In this document: piece by piece, positions 14,801 to 21,846 of the stretch | Numbering within the stretch: position 1 is the stretch's first letter | How the letters are laid out: every line of letters begins with the position of its first letter | Virus record (IMG/VR): IMGVR_UViG_3300012943_000053 | Coordinates: 1 to 29,678 of that record | DNA length: 29,678 nucleotides | From: a virus | Taxonomy: Duplodnaviria; Caudoviricetes | Direction: 5' to 3' (one strand) | Program-made: the position numbers and the translations under genes | The notes under the pieces: model-generated | Told to the model about the DNA's origin: nothing | What the model saw: only the letters and a program-made list of their open reading frames with translations | Databases searched by the model: none

Positions 14801-15485
14801 CCCCGACGACCGGGTGTTCGGCCATCTCGCGGGCTGGGGGACCTGCCACATCGGCTTCGACGGGGTGTGCGTCACGCCGCCGCAGTCCTCCTCCGACTAC
14901 GCCTACTTCCACACCGGAGAGGTGCGCACCGGCGACGACTGGAAGATCGCGGTCGGCCATATCACGATGGGCACCGGCCACGCGGCGGCGAGCCTGCGCG
15001 CGGCTCCGGCGATGGAGCACTATGACAACACGGGGTGTGTCGTCGCCGACGTCTGTGCGGGTGAGGACGAGTTCGGCATCTGGGTCGCAGGCCGCCTCCG
15101 TCCCGGCGTCACCTCGGAGCAGAAGGCTGCCCTCGCCGCAGCCGCTCTGTCGGGCGATTGGCGTCGGGTCGGAGGCTCGATGGAGTTGGTCGCCGCGCTC
15201 GCCGTCAACGTCCCGGGCTTCCCGATCCCCCGGTTGCGCGCGGCGATGGAGGACCACAAGCCAGCGGCTCTGGTCGCCTCCGGCATCGTCACCGGGACCG
15301 GTCCGGCGTCGGGGTCGGTCACCGAGCCCGAGTCGATCGGTCGAGCCATCGGAGACTTCCTGCGACGGCAGCGACGCGCCGAGGCCGCACGGGCTACTGT
15401 CGACGCCGAAGCGCGGCACGCCCGACGGCTCCGCGCCCGAGCCGCCGTCGAGGCGGTGCTCGCCGCCGGAGAGGGAGGGCAGTAG
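11889..15485 (+). CDS. MuF minor head / 2H phosphoesterase / capsid maturation protease multidomain fusion, 1198 aa
   Basis: GTGA overlap with portal. MuF motifs (RIARTET, KEW...DERVRHTH, PGDP...ETINCRC); two HxT motifs (HLTL 12732, HVTL 12993); protease His/Ser motifs (GHDG 13317, GVSVD 13470); duplicated ~90-aa domain; C-terminal GIWVAG...SGDWR...AVNVPGF domain. Confidence 0.88.
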   Translation: MSSLADQVADNLLVRKAEREVSRATSAAYRSFLDEIVAAVRQGEDVTADVWERAVDVDLLPALREVFARAYDTQATALRDTLSAATPRTSTEARENAERYLRTVRNRLLDIPDDLFRTLRRSLAEGIAASESDEELAARVRALVDVPVRANRIARTETTPALNAGRLQAARAVARETGVSTRGWAKEWVSMQDERVRHTHALADGQTVPLNRHFRVGEHSGRYPGDPRLPPGETINCRCTLRIEARGSLTAAGADDSHDGAVIVALPHEADPIRNVGEEDKHLTLCWMGDSTESTADHGLIRDALKTVAAHTDPFNATVTKTGSLGDDGAHVAFLDPGAPTRVRDLLLAQQPIQEAVGSVQQFPNYTPHVTLSYDDAPDYDGTVTFDRLALWWGDNHGDIYPLGSNGVASTSTGQEYAMDDDTDYGDLDPETSIPWHGVLAPEAVMSGDRRKFSEGALSFRDLPVPLHYQDATASGHDGAVRVANILQATRADQDGTPLIRAWGMFDTHETADEAIRQIAKQMLRGVSVDVDSAEFSFEDEFGNDVGDKSPMEVPNPVMVLTAGRVSGATLCSIPAFQEAYVALGPPPEEWGFSVDGELAAWVESDIEDVLAEADTYATVEFAISDKPWSDFTQADYTDEQWKRACVLDKGEGEGKQRYGLPIREPSGALNRNAVHAAAGRFNQVHASDEAKAKAARALRGAYRTLKEDPPEVLTAAGGRPRDDLLDSDEVPGQRGEGGGKPRVSTKPWSDFSIDDYTDEQWARATALHYKAGYSANKKDHALPYREPNGAFNVEGARKAAGDYPDIKASGEAKAAARRRLQHAFDIIGEDPPAAIARSAEEKTSGQVEEFLVDDSGIPGVMPKKLKAYWTHGEGAAKIAWGTGGDFERCRTNLAAYVPTHMLSGLCAKLHKAATGTWPGRGQPHALDDGIAGPALTSRCEPCEAGLTASASVSSDFVSPRFDRLTPLTVTPDDRVFGHLAGWGTCHIGFDGVCVTPPQSSSDYAYFHTGEVRTGDDWKIAVGHITMGTGHAAASLRAAPAMEHYDNTGCVVADVCAGEDEFGIWVAGRLRPGVTSEQKAALAAAALSGDWRRVGGSMELVAALAVNVPGFPIPRLRAAMEDHKPAALVASGIVTGTGPASGSVTEPESIGRAIGDFLRRQRRAEAARATVDAEARHARRLRARAAVEAVLAAGEGGQ

Positions 15486-15487
15486 CC

Positions 15488-15649
15488 ATCGGATGCAACT
15501 GTGGGAACAAGAGCCGCGACGTCGCCTACGAGGTGCGGTTCAAGGACGGTCATGTCCAGCGCTTCGACGCCGTGACCGACGCTCAGGCGGCCATCCGCGC
15601 CGCCAAGGGCGGGACGCTGCGACCGGTCAAGGCATCCACGCCGGTCTGA
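15488..15649 (+). CDS. Small GCNCG-motif protein, 53 aa, with apparent ATC start
   Basis: GGAGG(G) SD 8-9 nt upstream of ATC-GGA-TGC-AAC-TGT-GGG; strongly GC3-biased frame; no in-frame ATG/GTG/TTG near the SD. Confidence 0.7.
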   Translation: MGCNCGNKSRDVAYEVRFKDGHVQRFDAVTDAQAAIRAAKGGTLRPVKASTPV

Positions 15650-15656
15650 ACTCGTC

Positions 15657-15795
15657 CTAGCAGTTCGCCTTCACACGGGGGTGGGTCGACGCTACCGTCG
15701 ACCCATCGCGTGACCTGCTGGCAGTTGGCCGTCGCTCACGCTCGGGTAGAGCCCTGCTCCCCGATTCCTGTTCCAAACGAGGAAGGCAGACTGCC
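15657..15795 (+). promoter_or_regulatory. Capsid gene leader, candidate late promoter
   Basis: CTAGCA at 15657; perfect 10-bp stem 15682-15691/15696-15705 containing TACCGT; TCGCGTGACC at 15706-15715, shared with the portal leader. Confidence 0.5.
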
Positions 15796-17475
15796 GTGTT
15801 CGAACTCCCGGAGGACCTGACCGCGCTGAGCGTCGCGGACCTCAACCGTCTCGCTGCCGAGGCGGTGACGGCGTTCACCGCCCTGGCTCCCGCGAACCCG
15901 GACGACCTGACCGACGAGCAGGTCGAGCAGATGGAGCGGCTCTCGGGCGCGATCACCACGCTGACCACCGAGCGCGACGCCCGCGAGCAGGCCGCCGCCG
16001 ACCGGCGCGCCCGGATCGAGGCCGCCCAGGCGGTCGTCGCGCAAGCGTCGGCCACCACCTCCGAGCCCCCCGCCAGCGAGGAGCCGGAAGACGAGACCGA
16101 GGACGAGGACGACACCGACGAGCAGGAGGAGAAGGACTCCTCGGAAGGAGCGGGCGACACCGTGACCGCCAGCAGCAAGCCCAGCGTCCGGGGTCTGCCC
16201 CCGACGCCGGTGGTCGTGCCGAAGAAGTCGAGCGAGATCACCATCACCGCCGCCGCCGAGGTGCCCGGGTTCGCCACCGGTCAGCCCCTCGACGACCTGA
16301 AGGACGTCACCAAGGCGTTCATCGCCAAGGCGGCAGGCTTCCCCCGCCAGTTGGTGCCCAACACCTACATCCGCAGCAACGTCGCCACCTTCACCCGCTC
16401 GTTCGAGGAGGACTTCACCGTCCCCGAGTCGGGGATGAGCGACGAGTCGTTCATGGACATGTTCAACCGGGCGGGCACCGAGCAGCGCCTGTCCGGCGGG
16501 TCGCTGGTCGCCGCCGGCGGCTGGTGCGCGCCGAGCGAGACCTTCTACGACCTGTGTGTGACCGAGTCGATGGACGGCCTGATCGACCTGCCCGAGGTCG
16601 GCGTCCGGCGGGGCGGCATCCGCTTCACCAAGGGCCCCGCCTTCGAGGACATCTACACCAGCGCAGGCTTCTTCCAGACCGAGGCGCAGGCCGAGAGCGG
16701 CACCCCGAAGCCCTGCGTCGAGATCGACTGCCCGTCGTTCGAGGAGATTCGCCTCGACGTCTCCGGCATCTGCGTGCAGGCCCCGATCCTCACCCGGGTC
16801 GGCTACCCCGAACTGGTCCGGCGCTGGGTCGAGGGCACGCTCGTCGCGCAGGCGCACAAGGAGTCCGCCGAGGTCATCAACCGGATGGTCGCGGTCGCCG
16901 GAGCGGCCACCACGCTGACCGGCGGCGCGGGCTCCGGCTTCGACCTGCTGGCCGGGCTGGAGTGGTCGGCGATCACTCAGAAGTACCGCTGGCGGATGCG
17001 GCTCAACGCCACTCTCGAAGTGGTGCTGCCGGTGTGGGCGAAGTCGGTGATCCGCTCCGACCTCGCGCTTCGGCAGTCCTCGGAGCCCAGCAACATCTCC
17101 GACGCTCAGATCTCCGCGTTCTTCTCCGCGCGCGGGCTGCGGGTCCAGTGGGTCTACGACTGGCAGGCGCTCGACACCACCGGTACGGCGGGCGAGGCGT
17201 GCGTCGCCCCGGTCCCGGCGACCATCCAGGCGCTGATCTACCCGGCGGGCACCTTCGTCAAGGGCACCGCCGACGTCATCAGCCTCGACACCGTGTACGA
17301 CTCCACGAACCTGCAGAAGAACATGTACGTGGCCGCGTTCGCCGAGTCGGGCTTCCTCGTCGCGAACCGCTGCTACGACGCCTGCCTGATCGCGGTGCCC
17401 ACCTGCATCCTCGGTGCGTCGGGCGGCGTGCTGAGCGCCTGCGCCCCGATCCTCGCGCCGGACACCACGCCGTAA
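15796..17475 (+). CDS. Major capsid (hexamer-type) protein with N-terminal scaffold-like region, 559 aa
   Basis: N-terminal coiled-coil and acidic tract, then LVAAGGWCAPSET.YD, DLPEV..RRGGI and KPC.EI.CP.F.E.RL motifs of the cluster B/Rosebush-type capsid family. Confidence 0.9.
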   Translation: MFELPEDLTALSVADLNRLAAEAVTAFTALAPANPDDLTDEQVEQMERLSGAITTLTTERDAREQAAADRRARIEAAQAVVAQASATTSEPPASEEPEDETEDEDDTDEQEEKDSSEGAGDTVTASSKPSVRGLPPTPVVVPKKSSEITITAAAEVPGFATGQPLDDLKDVTKAFIAKAAGFPRQLVPNTYIRSNVATFTRSFEEDFTVPESGMSDESFMDMFNRAGTEQRLSGGSLVAAGGWCAPSETFYDLCVTESMDGLIDLPEVGVRRGGIRFTKGPAFEDIYTSAGFFQTEAQAESGTPKPCVEIDCPSFEEIRLDVSGICVQAPILTRVGYPELVRRWVEGTLVAQAHKESAEVINRMVAVAGAATTLTGGAGSGFDLLAGLEWSAITQKYRWRMRLNATLEVVLPVWAKSVIRSDLALRQSSEPSNISDAQISAFFSARGLRVQWVYDWQALDTTGTAGEACVAPVPATIQALIYPAGTFVKGTADVISLDTVYDSTNLQKNMYVAAFAESGFLVANRCYDACLIAVPTCILGASGGVLSACAPILAPDTTP

Positions 17476-17517
17476 GAGCGAGGAGACCGGTAACGACGAG
17501 GCAGGGGAGGTAGGAAC

Positions 17518-18300
17518 GTGACGGCCACAGCGATCGACGGAGCCCGGCAGGCTGTCCAGGCGCCGTCGCGCGCGGCCCGCCGCTTCGGGCTGTTCTCGGT
17601 GGTCACCCCGGTGACCTCGGGAGACGCTCACTGGCTGTACGGCGGGATGACTGCCGACGGTGAGGAGTGTTCGGAGCCGCAGTGGGGCGCGATCGACTGC
17701 GGCCCATCGCCGGACAAGGTCTCGCGGTCGTGGTACTCCGACATCGACGCCGACCCGTGGCTGACCTACATGTACGAGACCTGCAAGACGGTGGGTCGGT
17801 ACGGTGAGGCGGCAGCCCGGCTGCGCACTCGGTTCGTGGCCGCCGAGCAGTCGGCGGCTGAGATGGGGCTGGTCACCCAGGTGCTCGCGGGTGCTCCGGC
17901 GGTGACCCCGGTGCTGCCGGGCCTCGGCGGGGCGATCGCCGCTCTGGAACGCGAGGCCAACGAGAACTACGGCGGGCAGATCATCTTGTACGCACCGCCC
18001 GAGGCGGCTCTCGACGCCGCGCCGTACCTGATCCGCGTGGGCGACCACCTGGAGACCCTGAGCGGCAACGTCGTCAGCGTGGGCAACTACGGCGACGGGA
18101 CCACGGTCTGGGCATCGGGTGCACTCGCCCTGTACCGCAGCGAAGTGACGCTCGCGGGGCCGGTCACCGGCAGCCTCTACACCCTGCCCGACGGGCAGGG
18201 TTTCAGCCGGACCAACGACTACTACGTCCTCGCCGAGCGGGCGTACGCCGCCATCGTCGACTGCTGGTCCGGCCAGGCGGATGCGGCGGCCATCCCATGA
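17518..18300 (+). CDS. Major capsid pentamer-type (second capsid) protein, 260 aa
   Basis: P.R..RRFGLFSV, E..A.LE...Y.G, ET..G..V..G.Y and N..YVLAER.Y motifs; directly follows the hexamer gene; SD GGAGGT. Confidence 0.75.
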   Translation: MTATAIDGARQAVQAPSRAARRFGLFSVVTPVTSGDAHWLYGGMTADGEECSEPQWGAIDCGPSPDKVSRSWYSDIDADPWLTYMYETCKTVGRYGEAAARLRTRFVAAEQSAAEMGLVTQVLAGAPAVTPVLPGLGGAIAALEREANENYGGQIILYAPPEAALDAAPYLIRVGDHLETLSGNVVSVGNYGDGTTVWASGALALYRSEVTLAGPVTGSLYTLPDGQGFSRTNDYYVLAERAYAAIVDCWSGQADAAAIP

Positions 18301-18500
18301 CGGTCAGGGTCGGAGAGGCGTTCATCTACGGGCGCACCCGAGACAACGCGCGAGCCATCCTCGCGGCGGCGAACCGGGTCGGCGTCGACCAGCGTGCGGT
18401 ACGGACCACCGACTCCGGGTTCATCGTCCCGGTGAAGGTGGCGGACGAGTTCGAGCGGGGCGGCGATCCGACCTGGGTTGCCACGGACGCGGTGTTCTAG
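18297..18500 (+). CDS. Small virion-associated hypothetical protein, 67 aa
   Basis: ATGA overlap; A..LLAAA...G.D...VRT...GF.VP-like pattern seen between capsid and tail genes. Confidence 0.75.
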   Translation: MTVRVGEAFIYGRTRDNARAILAAANRVGVDQRAVRTTDSGFIVPVKVADEFERGGDPTWVATDAVF

Positions 18501-18522
18501 TGAGTGAAGGGACAACCCACAG

Positions 18523-19452
18523 ATGAGTGCACAGTGCTTCCCCTTGGTGGGCGGGCGCGTCATGCGCGTCACCCGCCTCGACGGGTGTGGTCGACCCGAC
18601 ACCACCCAGCCGGACTGCGCCCAGGTCACCTCCGACGGTTTCGTCAGCGTCGAGGTGACCGCCAACGTCGAGGAGGGTGACGCGATCAGCGTCACCAACG
18701 CCGCTGGCAAGGTGTGCGTCAGCGAGACGCCGACCCCGACGCTGACGGGGTACGCGGTCACCATGACGTTCTGCAACGTCGACCCCGACCTGTTCTCCCT
18801 CACCACCGGCCAGGACCCGGTGCTCGACCCGCAGACCGGCGAGGGCATCGGCTTCCGGGTCAACACCGGCAAGGGCTCCGACACGGGCTTCGCGCTGGAG
18901 GTGTGGAGCAAGGTCCCCGGCGTCTCGTGCCCGGTCGACGACCAGGGCAACCCGATCGAGGCGGCGGAGATCGCCTCGGGCTACATCTTGTTCCCGTTCC
19001 TGCAGGGCGGCGTGTTCGGCGACTTCACCATCGAGAACGACGCGGTGTCCTTCGTCGTGCAGGGCGCGACCACCAAGGACGGCTCGGGCTGGGGGCGCGG
19101 TCCCTACGACATCACCCTGGACGACACCGGGGTCGCCGGGCCGCTCACCGACCCGATCGACGCCAAGGACCACCTGCACGTGCAGATCACCTACGTGGCT
19201 CCTCCGGAGCCGTCGTGTGGCTGCGCCGCGCTGGTTCCCGAGGCGAGCGGCGCCACCGCAGGTACTCCGGGCACCTGGACCCCGGCGGGCACCGAGGCTC
19301 CCACGGACGCGGCTGAGGCCACGGCTGACGGAGTGGTCGCGAGCCCCGCGACGGCCTGGACCACGGGCCAGTACGTGCAGGGCTCGACGGCGGGAGCAGC
19401 CGGTGAGATGCACTGGAGCGGCACGGCTTGGGCCTCCGGGCGTGCGACCTGA
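18523..19452 (+). CDS. Major tail (tube) protein with C-terminal extension, 309 aa
   Basis: GR.MRVTRLD.CG, GFVSV, NA.G..C, FC.VDP.L and FALE.W motifs; C-terminal GATAGTPGTWTP...AWTTGQYV...HWSGTAW module. Confidence 0.9.
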   Translation: MSAQCFPLVGGRVMRVTRLDGCGRPDTTQPDCAQVTSDGFVSVEVTANVEEGDAISVTNAAGKVCVSETPTPTLTGYAVTMTFCNVDPDLFSLTTGQDPVLDPQTGEGIGFRVNTGKGSDTGFALEVWSKVPGVSCPVDDQGNPIEAAEIASGYILFPFLQGGVFGDFTIENDAVSFVVQGATTKDGSGWGRGPYDITLDDTGVAGPLTDPIDAKDHLHVQITYVAPPEPSCGCAALVPEASGATAGTPGTWTPAGTEAPTDAAEATADGVVASPATAWTTGQYVQGSTAGAAGEMHWSGTAWASGRAT

Positions 19453-19497
19453 TGATGAGGGAGTGCGCAACCGGCGGCACCTAGAGAGGATGGGCGG

Positions 19498-20295
19498 ATG
19501 GACTGCAACCTGCCCATCGACACGGGGTCGTGCGCCGCGTGGGACGAGTACGCCTCGGAGGTGCAGGAGCGCGCGACCGCGCTGGCCACGGTCGCCCTCC
19601 GTTCGCTGACGGGGTTCCGGGTGGGCAACTGCCCGATCGTGCTGCGCCCCTGCGGCCAGCGCTGCTGGAACACCCGCACCTGGCAGACGTTCCCGGTCGC
19701 CGCCGGTGGTGAGTGGGCCGGTGCGGGCGGCTTCACGCCCACGGTGATCGACGGCGCCTGGGTCAACGTGGGCTGCGGCTGCTATGCCGACCCCTGCTCG
19801 TGCGGGCGCATGTGCGAGGTGGTGCTGCCCTGGGGCATCAGCCCGCCGATCACGGTGATGCTCGACGGGGTCGAACTCGACCCCTCGTCCTACCGGGTCG
19901 ACAACGGCAACCGGCTGGTCCGGGTCGACGGGGAGTGCTGGCCGGTCTGTCAGGACATGGCCGCCCCGACCACCGCGCCGAACACTTTCGCCGTCACCTA
20001 CACCCCCGGCGCGGAACTGGGGGCCGACGGCGCCTACGTGCTGGGGCTGCTGGCCTGCGAGTACGCCAAGGCGGCCAACGGGCAGGAGTGCGCGCTGCCG
20101 CACAACGCCCTGCAGGTGCAGCGCCTCGGCGTCACCGTCGACCTCGCCCGCTCGACGTTCCCGGAGGGCAAGACCGGCATCGCGGAGGTCGATGCCTACC
20201 TCCGCCGCTGGAACCCCTATGCCCTCGCCGCACCGTCGATGGTGTGGTCCCCCGACGTGCACCGAGGACGGACGCAGACCTGGCCGGTGCCATGA
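19498..20295 (+). CDS. Head-to-tail adaptor, 265 aa
   Basis: Cys-rich; YRVDN...LVR.DG.CWP.CQD, LACEYAKA...C.LP and TGI.EVD....WNP motifs. Confidence 0.82.
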   Translation: MDCNLPIDTGSCAAWDEYASEVQERATALATVALRSLTGFRVGNCPIVLRPCGQRCWNTRTWQTFPVAAGGEWAGAGGFTPTVIDGAWVNVGCGCYADPCSCGRMCEVVLPWGISPPITVMLDGVELDPSSYRVDNGNRLVRVDGECWPVCQDMAAPTTAPNTFAVTYTPGAELGADGAYVLGLLACEYAKAANGQECALPHNALQVQRLGVTVDLARSTFPEGKTGIAEVDAYLRRWNPYALAAPSMVWSPDVHRGRTQTWPVP

Positions 20296-20807
20296 TCGAC
20301 TCGCGGGCGCTGTGGCCGCTGATGCTGCAACTCTCCTCGTGCCTGTGCGCGGAGTTGGAGAGGTCGTACGGGGGGCCGACCTGCTTCTGTGGCGTGCTGC
20401 CGGGGCTCAACATCCCCGCCGACTTCTGCGACTGCTCGACCAACGGCTGCGGCCAAGCCTGGGTGCGCCTCAACAACGTCTACCCCAGCGCGCAGTTCCC
20501 CAACCCCTCGCTCGGCCCGACGTCGTGCTCGGACCCGCTCGCGGCCCGCCTCGACCTCGGCGTGATGCGTTGCATCCCCGGCATCGACGCGCAGGGGCGG
20601 ATGCCCGACGAGATCGCCGAGGCCGAGGCCGTGCACGTGCAGGTCTCCGATGTCGCCAGCATCTACCGGGCGATCGAGTGCTGCCTGCCCAAGGCCGTCA
20701 ACCGCAGGGACTGGATCATCGGCCAGTACCTGCCGATCGGGCCGCTGGGCAACTGCGGCGGCGGCGCGGTGGCGGTCACCATCCGGCTGAACGACAGGGC
20801 GGTCTGA
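20292..20807 (+). CDS. Tail terminator-like protein, 171 aa
   Basis: ATGA overlap; CLC, C.QAWVRL...YPS..FP, G.MRC and P.GP.G.C.GG motifs. Confidence 0.75.
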   Translation: MIDSRALWPLMLQLSSCLCAELERSYGGPTCFCGVLPGLNIPADFCDCSTNGCGQAWVRLNNVYPSAQFPNPSLGPTSCSDPLAARLDLGVMRCIPGIDAQGRMPDEIAEAEAVHVQVSDVASIYRAIECCLPKAVNRRDWIIGQYLPIGPLGNCGGGAVAVTIRLNDRAV

Positions 20808-21187
20808 TGAGCCGCGCGGTGGTCTGGGCGAGCGAGGTCGAGTCGACGCTCGACCGGGTGCTGCCGCCCTACCTGGCCCGCGTGGGCCGCGAGATCGAGC
20901 GAGTCGCCAAGAGCCGCGCGCCGCGCGGGGTGACCGGGTCGCTGGCGCGCCACATCTACGCCCGGGGCTTCGGGCGCGACGTCCGGGTGCAGTGCACCGT
21001 GAACTACGCCCTGTATGTGCACGAGGGTGCACGACCTCATCTGATCCCCGCCGCGCCGGGCTACCTGGCGTTCTACTGGGAGCGCGAGGGGCGCTGGTTC
21101 CGGGGCTTCACCCAGGTCCACCACCCCGGCCAGCGGGGGCAGCCGTTCCTGCGTGAAGCCCTGGAGATCGTGATGGGGGGGCGATAG
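20807..21187 (+). CDS. HK97 gp10-like neck/tail completion protein, 126 aa
   Basis: AP..TG.L...I, YA.YVHEG.RPH.I and V.HPG...QPFL..AL motifs; TGATG overlap. Confidence 0.8.
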   Translation: MSRAVVWASEVESTLDRVLPPYLARVGREIERVAKSRAPRGVTGSLARHIYARGFGRDVRVQCTVNYALYVHEGARPHLIPAAPGYLAFYWEREGRWFRGFTQVHHPGQRGQPFLREALEIVMGGR

Positions 21188-21219
21188 CGTGCTAGCACCC
21201 GCCACCCCAAGGAGCCTTC

Positions 21220-21672
21220 ATGCCACGCAAGTCCTTCACCTCGCGCGCAGCCACGGAGAAGGTCGAGACCCTGGAGTTCGAGTTCGACGGGGTGCTCCTC
21301 TACGCGAAACGCCCGAAGTACGCGGCCCTGCTGGACCTCGCCGACGTGGCGGACCGCTCGCCCGTCGAGCAGGTGCAGGCGGCGCTGGAGTTCATCGACC
21401 AGTGTCTCGTGGCGGACAGCCGGGACTACCTGAACGACCGGCTCCGCGACCCCGACGACCTCCTGGAGTTGACCGACCTCTCCGAACTGCTGCAATGGAT
21501 CACCGAGGAGTTCACGGCGCGCCCTACTATGCCGCCCACGCCATCGCGGCCACCGTCGCGGGCAACTGGGAAGCGATCGACGGGGCGTGCGCGATCCACG
21601 GCATCGACCCGCTCACGCTCGACTGCGACCGAGGTCTCAACCTCTGCGTCTCCCTTATCGCAGAGCGCCTAG
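21220..21672 (+). CDS. Tail assembly chaperone (gpG-like), 150 aa
   Basis: SD AAGGAG; RL.DPDD...L..L..WI.EE...RPT followed by an S/T/R-rich tail; upstream of tape measure. Confidence 0.85.
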   Translation: MPRKSFTSRAATEKVETLEFEFDGVLLYAKRPKYAALLDLADVADRSPVEQVQAALEFIDQCLVADSRDYLNDRLRDPDDLLELTDLSELLQWITEEFTARPTMPPTPSRPPSRATGKRSTGRARSTASTRSRSTATEVSTSASPLSQSA

Positions 21673-21845
21673 CCCCCAAGGACTTCGATGACCTGAGGCG
21701 GCGCTGGTACATGCCGCCGCCCGAGGCGACCCGGCGCGCGGTCACCGCCACCGCCAACGACCCCGTCGCACGGGAGGAAGGCGCTGCGTTCGCGGCGTTT
21801 ATGGGCGCGCATTCCTCGCTGGCGTCGCGCGTGAAGGGCGGGTGA
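21525..21845 (+). CDS. Tail assembly chaperone -1 frame extension (gpT-like); fused product 21220-21845, about 208 aa
   Basis: The -1 frame reads PYY...W..IDG.....G.DPL.L..DR.LN; it has no start of its own near this region and ends 1 bp before the tape measure ATG. Confidence 0.75.
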   Translation, partial: YYAAHAIAATVAGNWEAIDGACAIHGIDPLTLDCDRGLNLCVSLIAERLAPKDFDDLRRRWYMPPPEATRRAVTATANDPVAREEGAAFAAFMGAHSSLASRVKGG

Positions 21846-21846
21846 G

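Noticed and set aside
15493-15660. Alternative ATG-started frame MQLWEQEPRR... after the protease gene
   Set aside because: SD spacing is too long (about 14 nt) and codon bias is poor compared with the GCNCG frame.
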